Positions 54,162-63,953 of a stretch of 64,000 bases of DNA are shown here, one piece after another (the first letter of the stretch is position 1; each line of letters begins with the position of its first letter). The stretch is from IMG/VR virus record IMGVR_UViG_3300029288_000003; one strand, 5' to 3'. The position numbers and the translations under genes are program-made. Origin of the DNA: an uncultured virus (IMG/VR IMGVR_UViG_3300029288_000003). Taxonomy: Duplodnaviria > Heunggongvirae > Uroviricota > Caudoviricetes. Under the pieces are notes generated by a model. It had not been told where the DNA came from and did not search any database. It saw only the letters and a program-made list of their open reading frames with translations.

Positions 54162-54702
54162 ATCAGTAGCCGAAGCGCTCAAAAATCCTAAATTGAATCT
54201 GATGGAGCAAGCACGTTTGTTGCAAACATTAGAACCTCGCAAACGTAGTGTTCATGGTTTAACGCTACGTGAAATAGGGCGCAGGGTTGGAAAGTCCTAT
54301 TTATGGGTACGACGCCGGTTGGCATTATTACAATTACCAGAAGAAGTCCAAAAGGCAGCCGAAGAGGGACTATTTACGCCTACCGATTTAGAAACAATGT
54401 TTAGTTATGGAAAGTCGCGTTGGAATCAATCGGCTTTACGAATATTAAAAGATAAGAAGAAAGGTTTAAGGACAGATAGGAACGATTTACGTCATAAGAC
54501 AACTCGTAAGAGCCATGAACGTATCCGACAGATGATTCGATACTTAATGAGTAAAAATATTGGTGGTTTACCAATTCGATTGTTAGCGTGGTGCTTAGGT
54601 CGTGTTGATGACCAGCAGATTTATGCTGAGGTTAAGGAACTAATAGGAGACGACCATGCAGAAGAAGATGTACCCTTCACCGGAAGAACTGATGAAGCAT
54701 AA
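54151..54702 (+). CDS. ParB/Spo0J-like HTH domain protein without the N-terminal domain
   Basis: LNLMEQAR...TLREIG.RVGKS..WV..RL.LL.LPEEVQ. Confidence 0.65.
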   Translation: MDIESVAEALKNPKLNLMEQARLLQTLEPRKRSVHGLTLREIGRRVGKSYLWVRRRLALLQLPEEVQKAAEEGLFTPTDLETMFSYGKSRWNQSALRILKDKKKGLRTDRNDLRHKTTRKSHERIRQMIRYLMSKNIGGLPIRLLAWCLGRVDDQQIYAEVKELIGDDHAEEDVPFTGRTDEA

Positions 54703-55030
54703 AGCCGAAGGTGTGGTAGAACCTACTAAATTAGCAAAAGGTATTAAGTTATTAGTTGAGACAACAGCTAAGATTTTTGAGTTTGAAATGCTCGGCGGAG
54801 GGCGTGCAATTGTTAGAAGTACAGGCAAAATTTTCAGGAAGAATACGCCCTGTCAAATTGTTGGAAGTTTATCGAAAGATGGCACGTTATTTGCTGATAT
54901 GGTAGTTAGAGAAAAGCATCTAATTATTGCTTTACCTAAAGGACGTTATACCACAGGATTGATACGTGGTGCTAGTTTACAGGGTCCAGATTGGTCGTAT
55001 GAAATGTGGGCAGCGGAGATTCGTAAATGA
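54656..55030 (+). CDS. Hypothetical protein
   Basis: Coupled ORF upstream of the polymerase. Confidence 0.5.
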   Translation: MQKKMYPSPEELMKHKAEGVVEPTKLAKGIKLLVETTAKIFEFEMLGGGRAIVRSTGKIFRKNTPCQIVGSLSKDGTLFADMVVREKHLIIALPKGRYTTGLIRGASLQGPDWSYEMWAAEIRK

Positions 55031-57414
55031 TATTTCTTGATACGGAAACTTGTGGTCTACATGGAATGCCGGTTCTTTTGCAATATGCAGAAGATGATGG
55101 CCCTATTCATTTATGGGAATTTTGGAAGGAACCTGTACAACGCACCCTTGATCTAATTGAATACATTACTCACCATGAAATTGTAGGTTTTAATCTTGCA
55201 TTCGACTGGTTTCATTTAGCAAAGATTTACACAATTTGGAGTCTATTACCACCAGATTGGATACCTGAACAGCATATTGGTGAGATTGCTTTGAAGGAAC
55301 CAGAAGGCATGGATGGCCCTTGTATAAAGCCGGTGGCAGCTTGCGATCTTCTCTTACACTCGCGTCGTGGTCCATATCAGTCTTTAATGGCTCGTGAGGA
55401 TATTCGCATACGGCGTGTACCTACAGCTTTGGCATACGCCCTAGCTCAAGAATTAGAGAGGCGGATTGAACTTGATGGAATCTATTTTGCAAAATCGGCG
55501 GATAAAGAAGCACCAAGATGGAAGGTCTATGATATTGTTTCAAAACGTGGAATTGTAAACCAAGATTTCAAAGATGTTGTCTTAAAGTTTCATGCCGCTG
55601 GTGGTCTAAAATTCTTAGCAGAGTACGCATTGAAAATGCCCCCAAAACATTATTTTTCGGACGTAGAACTAGATTCTAGCTGGCGTCCGTATGAGCTTGG
55701 TTATGCCCCAACCGCCCTGGCTGTAGCAAACCAACCAGATTGGAATTGCTATGATGATAGTGGCAAACTGATAGGGATGGCTTGGCCCGCTTTAATTTAC
55801 GAGCATATTAAACATTGGAGTACCAACGAACCGGCAAGGGAATATGCAAATGACGATGTAAAATATACACGACTTTTGTGGGAGCATTTTGGCAAACCAG
55901 AGCCGGGGGATACTGATTCAGAATTAGCGTGTATGGTGGCTGCTGTTCGATGGAGAGGGTTCACAATTAACAAGGAAGGTATTGAAGAGTTACTACAAAA
56001 AGCTGTAGCAACTGTTGCACAATCTCCTGTTAATGTAAATAAGCCACATGCTGTCCGTAAATATCTTTCTGAATGTATGGATGAAATGGAATCCTTGATT
56101 ATCGAGGAAAGCACTAAGAAACAAAACATCGAACAAATTGAAACTTGGACAATTGATGAGGAAGAACAATGTACCAAGTGTGGTGGCGATGGTGATGAGG
56201 GACATTGTATCCGTTGTAATGGAACTGGTAAGTTGTTTGTAGGCAGGCACCCCGCTGCAATTAGAGCCGCTGAAATTTTAGCCGTAAAGATTGCTGCCAA
56301 GGAAGTTGAATTATATACCAAACTTCTACAGGCTGGCAGGCTTCATGCAAGTTTCAAAGTTATTGGTACGCTGTCATCACGTATGTCTGGCGGTGATGGA
56401 CTTAATGCTCAAGGCATTAAACACGCTGAGAATGTTCGTATGATGTTTCCATTAACATGGCCAGGATACATGCTATGTGGCGGTGACTTTGATTCATTTG
56501 AAGTAACGATTGCTGATGCTGTGTTTGATGATCCCGACTTGCATCAAACGCTCTTAGATGGTAAGAAGATTCATGCTCTATTAGGTGTAGAACTTTATCC
56601 ACATCTAAGCTATGATGAGATTGTTGCATCGGATGGAGCCAAAGCCCCTGACATTGATTTTTATACCCGGTCTAAGCAAGGTATGTTCGGATTTCTTTAC
56701 GGTGGGGACCATACAACATGGAATAAGCGTCTGAATATTCCTGCCGAGCAAGCACATAAAGCCTATGACAAGTGGTGTGCAAAATACCCCGGTATCGGCC
56801 GATCCAGATTGCGTATTCAAAATGACTTCTGTTCAATGCGTCAACCAGAAGGTATTGGCAAACAAGTTGTCTGGCACGAACCAAAAGATTATGTAGAAAC
56901 TTTCCTTGGATTCCGCCGATATTTTACACTTGAAAATAGGATTTGTAAAGCATTATTTACGCTTGCAAATAAACCGCCAGCGGCATGGAGAAATTGCCAA
57001 ATTAAGGTGGTACGTAGGGATCGTATGCAGACCGCAGGTGGCGCTGTGCAAAGTGCCCTATTTGGCGCAGCCTTTCAGATTCAAGCGGCTAATATGCGGG
57101 CGGCTAATAATCACTTAATTCAATCGGCAGGTGCCCAGATTACTAAAGAAACCCAGCGTAGAATCTGGGACTTGCAACCGGCTGGTGTTAATGAATGGCG
57201 GGTAGCCCCCATGAATATTCACGACGAAATTATGTGCGTTACACATCCTGATTTCAAACGAGCCGTGGCTGAGCGTGTGCGCGATACAGTTGAATCCTTT
57301 AGACCACAAGTACCATTGATTGGTATAAAATGGAATCTTAACATGGAGCATTGGGCTGAGAAAAAGAAGTCTGGCCCCGATATGATGCATGTAACTTATA
57401 AGAAAGCAGGTTAA
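55027..57414 (+). CDS. polA: DNA polymerase family A with 3'-5' exonuclease
   Basis: LDTET, GFNLAFD, YA.DD; DFDSFE (motif A), K...F...YG (motif B), IHDE (motif C). Confidence 0.9.
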   Translation: MIFLDTETCGLHGMPVLLQYAEDDGPIHLWEFWKEPVQRTLDLIEYITHHEIVGFNLAFDWFHLAKIYTIWSLLPPDWIPEQHIGEIALKEPEGMDGPCIKPVAACDLLLHSRRGPYQSLMAREDIRIRRVPTALAYALAQELERRIELDGIYFAKSADKEAPRWKVYDIVSKRGIVNQDFKDVVLKFHAAGGLKFLAEYALKMPPKHYFSDVELDSSWRPYELGYAPTALAVANQPDWNCYDDSGKLIGMAWPALIYEHIKHWSTNEPAREYANDDVKYTRLLWEHFGKPEPGDTDSELACMVAAVRWRGFTINKEGIEELLQKAVATVAQSPVNVNKPHAVRKYLSECMDEMESLIIEESTKKQNIEQIETWTIDEEEQCTKCGGDGDEGHCIRCNGTGKLFVGRHPAAIRAAEILAVKIAAKEVELYTKLLQAGRLHASFKVIGTLSSRMSGGDGLNAQGIKHAENVRMMFPLTWPGYMLCGGDFDSFEVTIADAVFDDPDLHQTLLDGKKIHALLGVELYPHLSYDEIVASDGAKAPDIDFYTRSKQGMFGFLYGGDHTTWNKRLNIPAEQAHKAYDKWCAKYPGIGRSRLRIQNDFCSMRQPEGIGKQVVWHEPKDYVETFLGFRRYFTLENRICKALFTLANKPPAAWRNCQIKVVRRDRMQTAGGAVQSALFGAAFQIQAANMRAANNHLIQSAGAQITKETQRRIWDLQPAGVNEWRVAPMNIHDEIMCVTHPDFKRAVAERVRDTVESFRPQVPLIGIKWNLNMEHWAEKKKSGPDMMHVTYKKAG

Positions 57415-57415
57415 A

Positions 57416-57613
57416 ATGAGTGATACCGATGATCTACATCCGCGAGTGATGAGGGCCTGGGCTTTAAATATGTTACATGGTCGGCGTAAGGAATTAGATC
57501 AAGCTGCCCTCCGTGAAGATTACCCAGAAGCCGTTTTAATGGCGATCAATTATACATTGATGGAATTGGAATTAGATTTGGCCGAGAAAACCGGAGAGAT
57601 TGAACCACGATGA
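57416..57613 (+). CDS. Hypothetical protein
   Basis: Operon spacing. Confidence 0.45.
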   Translation: MSDTDDLHPRVMRAWALNMLHGRRKELDQAALREDYPEAVLMAINYTLMELELDLAEKTGEIEPR

Positions 57614-58050
57614 TTAAGGTTTCTATTGATCCACGAGTCTACAAAGATTATCACGGGTTGCTGCGAGCGGCTTGTGATTGGCTAAGAGAAACGCAGCGTA
57701 TTCCGCATAGATTAAATGTTACATTGTTTACCGACAAAAATATGCGAGAATTTGTGAGATTAGTTGATTATCCTGAAAAGAATGCATTGGGTATTTTCTT
57801 TTTAAATTCACGCGATATAATCATTAGACAGCGACGGTATGAAAATGTAAAAGTTGTCAAAGATGGTCGTAAATTTAAACATAGACTTGACCGATTCCTT
57901 TATGTAATAATGCACGAGTTTGCTCACTATGAACAATTCCGCGATGGAAAAGAATTAAGCCATCGTAACATTGAATCAAGAGGAATGCATTTGGTTAGAC
58001 AATTTAAGGATTATTGGCATGAACAATGCTCTCTATTACACAGTGCTTAA
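57610..58050 (+). CDS. Zincin-like metallopeptidase (HExxH)
   Basis: MHEFAHYEQ with a downstream Glu. Confidence 0.6.
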   Translation: MIKVSIDPRVYKDYHGLLRAACDWLRETQRIPHRLNVTLFTDKNMREFVRLVDYPEKNALGIFFLNSRDIIIRQRRYENVKVVKDGRKFKHRLDRFLYVIMHEFAHYEQFRDGKELSHRNIESRGMHLVRQFKDYWHEQCSLLHSA

Positions 58051-58378
58051 TCATTTAGCGGAGAATACTAAACTCTCGCAGTTGATTTCTCTGCTTGTCT
58101 ATACTTATAAATTAGATGATATACCATTTCCAGAGGATAAATTAGTTGGGGACTGGGAAGTAGCGCGTCCTGGCCGAAGAGTAAAAATTACTTGGACTGA
58201 TCCATATCGTGTTGAGTATGGTTTTCTTTTTACATTACCAGGATTGTGCGAGGATTTATTTAAGGGCGGGTTGGTACAAATTCCTGAAAGTGAAGATGAT
58301 CCAACAACACAACGCTGGTATACTCTAAAGCATTTAGCAATTTTTGCAGACACATTAGAATTGGAGCCAGAATTATGA
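58019..58378 (+). CDS. Hypothetical protein
   Basis: Operon spacing. Confidence 0.45.
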   Translation: MNNALYYTVLNHLAENTKLSQLISLLVYTYKLDDIPFPEDKLVGDWEVARPGRRVKITWTDPYRVEYGFLFTLPGLCEDLFKGGLVQIPESEDDPTTQRWYTLKHLAIFADTLELEPEL

Positions 58379-58554
58379 GCGAGAATCGTGATGTTGAATT
58401 AGAAGTAGATAGCCTTGCGACCCGTGAGGTAAGGGCCTTGGCAAGTCAATGCAAGTTTGATGACTGGAAAACTGGACCAATTGCTAAGCTACGACGAAAG
58501 ATTGTAGACTTAGCAAAGACTAACCCCGAAATTCTTGATGGAGAAAAGGCATGA
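58375..58554 (+). CDS. Small hypothetical protein (59 aa, not in track)
   Basis: Own translation MSENRDVELEVDSLATREVRALAS...; ATGA overlaps at both ends. Confidence 0.5.
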   Translation: MSENRDVELEVDSLATREVRALASQCKFDDWKTGPIAKLRRKIVDLAKTNPEILDGEKA

Positions 58555-58745
58555 ATTGGGAATCTGCTGTAAATACAATTCGTGGCAAGAATCTGGTTGG
58601 TTTAACAACCAAAGAAGATGTTGATTTACTTTTTCAATATATGGATAAAATTGAATTCGGTCTGGAACGTCTTGCAGGAGAGGGCGATGAAAAAGCCCTA
58701 TGTGTTATTAAAGGCGACTGGCGAGAATACTGTGGGGTGGCTTAA
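58551..58745 (+). CDS. Hypothetical protein
   Basis: GGAG RBS, ATGA overlap. Confidence 0.45.
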   Translation: MNWESAVNTIRGKNLVGLTTKEDVDLLFQYMDKIEFGLERLAGEGDEKALCVIKGDWREYCGVA

Positions 58746-58879
58746 TGAGATATGCTTACATTTTATGGTGTTTACTTTGGCTTCCAGTTTTGTATATTAG
58801 TCGTTATGTATTTTGTTTTAGTGTTTTAATGATTCACGGGGTCGAAAGATTTAACGACGCTCTTGATTGGACGCGATAG

Positions 58880-59323
58880 ATGGATAAGCCACGAATTCGT
58901 AAACAGCATGGCCCTGAGTATGGCATACAACGTGCCATAGTCAAGTTTCTACGGCTACGTGGATGGCATGTGGAGCGTGTGGTTGGCATTGGTTGGCAGT
59001 ATGGTTTGCCAGACCTTTATATTACACACCCTAAGTTTGGTCAGCGTTGGTTAGAAGTTAAGAATCCCGATGAATATACATTTACTAAACATCAAAGACA
59101 AAAGTTTCCAATCCTTGATGCATTTGGCACGGGCATCTGGATTATGGTAGGTGCAACTGAGGAAGAGTATGAGAAACTTTTTAAGTCACCTAATTGGAAA
59201 GAATACTGGAAGGATTCTTGGGGAGAAATTGATATAGACGCCTTATTACTTGAAATAGAGGAAGAAGAAAATGCCAGTTCATACAACGACGAAGAACGGG
59301 AAACCGGCTTATCAATGGGGTAA
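58880..59323 (+). CDS. VRR-NUC domain nuclease
   Basis: E..IQ..I...LR..GW, GLPDL, WLEVK, Q. Confidence 0.75.
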   Translation: MDKPRIRKQHGPEYGIQRAIVKFLRLRGWHVERVVGIGWQYGLPDLYITHPKFGQRWLEVKNPDEYTFTKHQRQKFPILDAFGTGIWIMVGATEEEYEKLFKSPNWKEYWKDSWGEIDIDALLLEIEEEENASSYNDEERETGLSMG

Positions 59324-59444
59324 TACCGGCAAAAAGTATACTTACACAGCCGGTAATGCTGCGAGCCGCGAGCGAGCTAAGAAGAAAGCAATCCAACAGG
59401 GGTTAGCGGTTGCTAACAGGACTGGAACGAAACCAGAATTATAA
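59271..59444 (+). CDS. Small basic protein (57 aa, not in track)
   Basis: Own translation MPVHTTTKNGKPAYQWGNTGKKYTY...RERAKKKAIQQGLAV. Confidence 0.55.
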   Translation: MPVHTTTKNGKPAYQWGNTGKKYTYTAGNAASRERAKKKAIQQGLAVANRTGTKPEL

Positions 59445-59953
59445 TGTTATTACAAGTTAATCCTAATAGTTGGTCGTGTATGGCAGCCGCCTTTTCGACG
59501 GCATTAGGCATACGATTTGCTGATTTTATTAAGTTGATGGGGCATGATGGAAGTGGACAACCTTATGAAGATAAAAGATTTCATCGTGGTTTCCATATTC
59601 AAGAGTGTATTGATCTATGTTTAATGACAGGATTTGCTTGTACTGAGATTCAATGCTATTATGGTTCAAAACCTTTTGTCGAGTCTATTGAGTCAGTTCC
59701 AGTTTATCCACTTAAAGACTGTGAATTTCGTTTTCAGCATTATCTACGAAAAACTAAACGTGGTGTTATTACTGGATTGGGACAATGTTTCGGTCATGCT
59801 GTAGCTTGGGACGGAAAATTTATTTATGATCCTCGCTCACCTGGATATATGTATCGGTTTGAGGACGCTGTAAAATATAATTTTCGGCCACAAACATTAT
59901 GGATATTGACAAAAATGGAGCCGGATGATGTCAAAAAGATTCTGGAAGGTTGA
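59444..59953 (+). CDS. C39-like papain-fold peptidase
   Basis: Q.....SC.AA..., GHAVAWDG..IYDP. Confidence 0.5.
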   Translation: MLLQVNPNSWSCMAAAFSTALGIRFADFIKLMGHDGSGQPYEDKRFHRGFHIQECIDLCLMTGFACTEIQCYYGSKPFVESIESVPVYPLKDCEFRFQHYLRKTKRGVITGLGQCFGHAVAWDGKFIYDPRSPGYMYRFEDAVKYNFRPQTLWILTKMEPDDVKKILEG

Positions 59954-60590
59954 CGATCCATTGTTTGAATCGTTGCCTAACTATGATAAAACAAAAATTC
60001 AAGAATTACTAAAGTCTGTTCAGCTTGGTCGAACAGATATTAAAGATGAATTAACACTACAGTTATTATCACTTTGTAAAGTTATTCTTCAAAAACGATT
60101 ATATAAAAATCCTGCTTTGCAACGCTGCGCAGCGGATTTAGTCGGAAATTTGATGTTGCGAACTTGCACCTTTGTTGATGAAGTTTTGAATCAAAATTAT
60201 TGCTGCGATGACTTATTTCGATATTATTGTCAAATCATAAAGAATGCTATTTATGATTTCAATATGGAGGATAACCCTGGTGTGACAGGTAGCGGTCCTA
60301 ATAAGCAATATTGTCAACGGTATAGAAAAGGTCGAACAATGCCAGTGAGGGTTAAATTAAAGGATGAATTGCTACAAGTAAACCCGACATTGGTGGTAGA
60401 ACTTGAAGATATACTCTTGACATTGGCTGAGACAGACCACGAGCGTGAGGTTATCGTCTTACGATTTCAAAATTATACTGAGTCTGAAATTGCTGATAAA
60501 TTAGGTGTCACACAACAATGGATCAATCAAATACGTGTTGCATTAGAAAAGCGGTATGATGAATATTTACAACGTGAGCGCCTTACATAG
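59925..60590 (+). CDS. Sigma-factor-like / HTH transcription regulator
   Basis: C-terminal region-4-like HTH (EREVI.LR....TESEIA.KLGVTQQWIN). Confidence 0.6.
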   Translation: MMSKRFWKVDDPLFESLPNYDKTKIQELLKSVQLGRTDIKDELTLQLLSLCKVILQKRLYKNPALQRCAADLVGNLMLRTCTFVDEVLNQNYCCDDLFRYYCQIIKNAIYDFNMEDNPGVTGSGPNKQYCQRYRKGRTMPVRVKLKDELLQVNPTLVVELEDILLTLAETDHEREVIVLRFQNYTESEIADKLGVTQQWINQIRVALEKRYDEYLQRERLT

Positions 60591-60603
60591 AAAGGGACGT
60601 AGC

Positions 60604-61176
60604 ATGAGAAAGATTTTGTATCCTGTGTTGGCTGTGTTGGCATTGGCTGTGATCGTTGTCGATCATTATACAGTGAATACTTATCTTAGCGAATTTGAGG
60701 AGGCCCGCAATTATAATACTGCGGAAATGGTGCAAGCCTTCCAGATGCAAGACACTGTATTGTTTGCACAAGGCTTACAAGAGACGTTGATGATAACCAG
60801 TCGAAGACTTGAAAAGACAGAAAATCAAGTAATCGAGTGTGTTAAATACATCCAACAATTACGTGAAACAATTATGCAACAAGAGACGGCAGTATTAAGT
60901 GCGTCTGCAACTATTAAGGAATTGACAGATGATAATGCTAAGTTGCAAAAGAGTCTTGATGAATGTTCTTCACAATTGGAACTAAAACGACGTGAATTGG
61001 AGCGTGTTAAAAAGGAATTGGAAGATTTAAAAGACACCACTAAAGATTTAAAGAAAGCTAAAAAGGATTTGGAAGCAACTAATAAGACGCTTGTAGATGG
61101 TATTAACTGGATTCGGGCCGAATATGAGCGTATTACTGGTACGCCTGCCCCACTTCCTCCTGACACGTTGAGGTAA
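60604..61176 (+). CDS. Membrane-anchored coiled-coil protein
   Basis: N-terminal TM helix then long heptad repeats. Confidence 0.55.
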   Translation: MRKILYPVLAVLALAVIVVDHYTVNTYLSEFEEARNYNTAEMVQAFQMQDTVLFAQGLQETLMITSRRLEKTENQVIECVKYIQQLRETIMQQETAVLSASATIKELTDDNAKLQKSLDECSSQLELKRRELERVKKELEDLKDTTKDLKKAKKDLEATNKTLVDGINWIRAEYERITGTPAPLPPDTLR

Positions 61177-61179
61177 ATT

Positions 61180-61386
61180 ATGCGGCTATTTTTATTTGCA
61201 TTATTGGTGTTTAGTGGCATAGGATTTGCTCAATATCATAGATGTGTTCAGGTGCAACGATGGCATTTAACACAACGAAATCTTGAGATTCAACACCAAC
61301 TAAATCGCCTTCGTTATAAATTTGACTTACTGAGACAGCATACCGACGATTTACAATTGGAATTGTATAATGTTAAAACGCCGTGA
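61180..61386 (+). CDS. Small signal-anchored coiled-coil protein
   Basis: Hydrophobic N-terminus, GAGG RBS. Confidence 0.45.
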   Translation: MRLFLFALLVFSGIGFAQYHRCVQVQRWHLTQRNLEIQHQLNRLRYKFDLLRQHTDDLQLELYNVKTP

Positions 61387-62461
61387 ATTCTTAATGCAGG
61401 CCCACAAATATAATGCTAAAAAGCATAATGTTAGTGGTCACTATATTTCAGAAAAATTAGACGGCACGCGCTGTTTCTGGGATGGCGGCATTAGTCGTGG
61501 TCTACCAACTGACCAGATACCGTGGGCGAATCTCTTTCACCCTAAGACTGGCGAAAGAAAATCAAAGATCAAGCCAGTGGCTTCTGGTTTGTGGAGTCGT
61601 TATGGTAATCCTATCATGGCTCCTGATTGGTGGCTTAATTTACTACCATGTATCCCATTAGACGGAGAACTATGGGCTGGTCGTGGTAATTTCCAACTAT
61701 GCCGATCAATCTGTTCAAAGGATGAACCTATATCAGAAGAGTGGCAGAAAATTGATTATGCTGTTTGGGGCAGTCCGCCTTTTGAAGCTGTGTTTATGGA
61801 CGGTCGCATTAACTGCCCACAATTCAGGCGGGAGGTTTATTTCGATGAAGTTACTAAATGGTTAAAAACTCGCCCGGAAGGATTTTTGCGCGACTATCGT
61901 TTCTTGTCAATCGGCACAACCTTTGAGGCTGAGTTAAGTATTCTACGGAATGCAATACAGTCTGAGGGACAGATTTACCTGTGGCAACAAAAACGACTTC
62001 CACTGGACGGAGCCGATGAGATTGTCGAACAGGAACTTAATCGAGTTTTAGATTGTGGCGGCGAGGGAGTTGTTATACGCGATCCTGATGGAACATGGAT
62101 GCCTCAGCGCTTATATACGGTGTTAAAATACAAACCATTTGAAGATGCCGAAGGTACGATTGTTGGTTTTACAAGCGGTCGTGAAACGGAACGTGGGTCA
62201 AAACATCTTGGAAAGATTGGAGCATTGATTCTTGACTATGAGGGCCAACGACTTGAGTTATCCGGCTTAACGGATGAAGAACGCGAGTTTGCAGATAAGG
62301 ATGAATTTTTTGCCCGGACAAATCCTGGGGTTGATATGCCAAAGGGAGTTCAGGCAAAACATTTTAAATATGGACAAATAGTTACTTTTAAATACCGTGA
62401 GCTATCGGACGATGGCATTCCTAAAGAAGCCCGGTACATGCGACAAAGGGGTGAAGAATGA
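61370..62461 (+). CDS. ATP-dependent DNA ligase
   Basis: SEKLDG.R, LDGELW, GEGVV, LKYKP, C-terminal OB domain VTFKY..L...G.P. Confidence 0.9.
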   Translation: MLKRREFLMQAHKYNAKKHNVSGHYISEKLDGTRCFWDGGISRGLPTDQIPWANLFHPKTGERKSKIKPVASGLWSRYGNPIMAPDWWLNLLPCIPLDGELWAGRGNFQLCRSICSKDEPISEEWQKIDYAVWGSPPFEAVFMDGRINCPQFRREVYFDEVTKWLKTRPEGFLRDYRFLSIGTTFEAELSILRNAIQSEGQIYLWQQKRLPLDGADEIVEQELNRVLDCGGEGVVIRDPDGTWMPQRLYTVLKYKPFEDAEGTIVGFTSGRETERGSKHLGKIGALILDYEGQRLELSGLTDEEREFADKDEFFARTNPGVDMPKGVQAKHFKYGQIVTFKYRELSDDGIPKEARYMRQRGEE

Positions 62462-63450
62462 GATTACCACATTATTTAAGTCCGTCACAGATTGCTCTTT
62501 GGTATTCAGATCGTGATGAATATTATTTGCGACATTTAGCTGAAATGCGTGTGCAAGCAATGCCGCAGGCGACTTATATGTCAATCGGTGCATCATTTGA
62601 TGCTTATGTTAAATCAGCAATGTTTGAAACAATTTTTGGTAAAGGGGCGGACCCTCGATTTGAATTTGATGCTATTTTTACCGATCAGGTAGATGAAGTC
62701 AATCGTGACTGGGCGAAGGAACACGGCAAGTATGTTTTTGAATCATACAAATTATCGGGAGCGTATGATGAATTATTGTCGTTATTACAACAAAGCAAAT
62801 ACGCCCCTCAATTTGAGTTTAAGATTGAAGGCACAGTTGAAAATGTACCACTTTTAGGTAAGCCAGACTTGCGTTTTGTGCATCCTTTAGGTGCCCATGT
62901 TATTTTAGACTGGAAGGTAAACGGTTATTGTTCTAGGTCAGCTACAAGTCCTTGTAAGAATTATCGGCTAGTTAGGGATGGTTGGACTGCCGAAGTAGCA
63001 AAAGCGTCTCGTGGCGCTAATTCGCCACATAAGGATTATAAACCAATGGATTGGAAGGGCGTCGAGATTCATAATGGATGGCTGGAAGAAGCTAATTCAG
63101 ATTGGGCGGACCAATTAGCTATTTATTCATGGATGTTAGGAGAGGCTGTAGGGGATGAAAATGTAATCGTATGTATAGACCAAGTGGTAGCCAAACCAAA
63201 TGAACCACGGCCACTACTTAGAATTGCTAATCATAGGGCACGAATTTCATCCGTACATCAACAAAATTTAATGCGGAATATTCAAGCCTGCTGGACGGCA
63301 ATTACTACAGGTTATATTTTTGATGACTTGACTAGAGAAGAAAATGATGAGAAATGTGCGTTACTTGAACAGCAAGCAATCCGCACGAATATTGATACAC
63401 CAGAACAGCAATGTATTAACGATCTGACACGCCAACATAGGTTTAAGTAA
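62458..63450 (+). CDS. PD-(D/E)XK exonuclease (RecB/Cas4-like)
   Basis: YLSPSQ, GKPD, ILDWK, QLAIY. Confidence 0.75.
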   Translation: MRLPHYLSPSQIALWYSDRDEYYLRHLAEMRVQAMPQATYMSIGASFDAYVKSAMFETIFGKGADPRFEFDAIFTDQVDEVNRDWAKEHGKYVFESYKLSGAYDELLSLLQQSKYAPQFEFKIEGTVENVPLLGKPDLRFVHPLGAHVILDWKVNGYCSRSATSPCKNYRLVRDGWTAEVAKASRGANSPHKDYKPMDWKGVEIHNGWLEEANSDWADQLAIYSWMLGEAVGDENVIVCIDQVVAKPNEPRPLLRIANHRARISSVHQQNLMRNIQACWTAITTGYIFDDLTREENDEKCALLEQQAIRTNIDTPEQQCINDLTRQHRFK

Positions 63451-63953
63451 TGCTTACCAACATACGGAAGCCTGAACCGCAAGACTTAAATTATATCCTT
63501 GACATTGATTTAAAATGTTTTGAGGATAACTGGTCTTATAATGAGTGGAGAGAAACATTATATGACCCGCGTTATGGGGTTCTAGTTGGTACGTACAGAA
63601 GTTTACCTGTTGGATTTATAGTGTGGTTTAGTGGAACAAAAGAAGGTTTAATTACACGCTTAGGAGTTAAACCAGCTTATCAACGAAAAGGTGTTGGCTC
63701 TCAACTTTTATCCGCTGTTGAAGTTATTTTAGTACAGCAAGCTATAAAGGAAGTTCATTTTCCTATTACAGAAAGTCTTTGCCAACCTGGACAATCAAAT
63801 GATGTAAGTCGTTGGTTGACAAAACGTGGTTATCGTGCTACTTGTTTGATACGCGGGAAGGGAATTTATTGCGGGGTGAAGGAAGATGAAATTGTCTTTC
63901 AAAAACTTTTAGAGGAGACAAGTAAACATGCGACAGAGAATCGCAAATCATAG
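63450..63953 (+). CDS. GNAT acetyltransferase (RimI-like)
   Basis: I..ID..CF...WS; LGVKPAYQRKGVGSQLL. Confidence 0.8.
   Translation: MLTNIRKPEPQDLNYILDIDLKCFEDNWSYNEWRETLYDPRYGVLVGTYRSLPVGFIVWFSGTKEGLITRLGVKPAYQRKGVGSQLLSAVEVILVQQAIKEVHFPITESLCQPGQSNDVSRWLTKRGYRATCLIRGKGIYCGVKEDEIVFQKLLEETSKHATENRKS

Noticed and set aside
60604..61386. Rz/Rz1 spanin pair
   Set aside because: TM plus coiled coil fits an i-spanin, but the second gene lacks a convincing lipobox and the pair lies among replication genes.
61370..61400. Tat signal on the DNA ligase (KRREFL), and MNRRDFF at the window end
   Set aside because: No hydrophobic h-region follows either motif.
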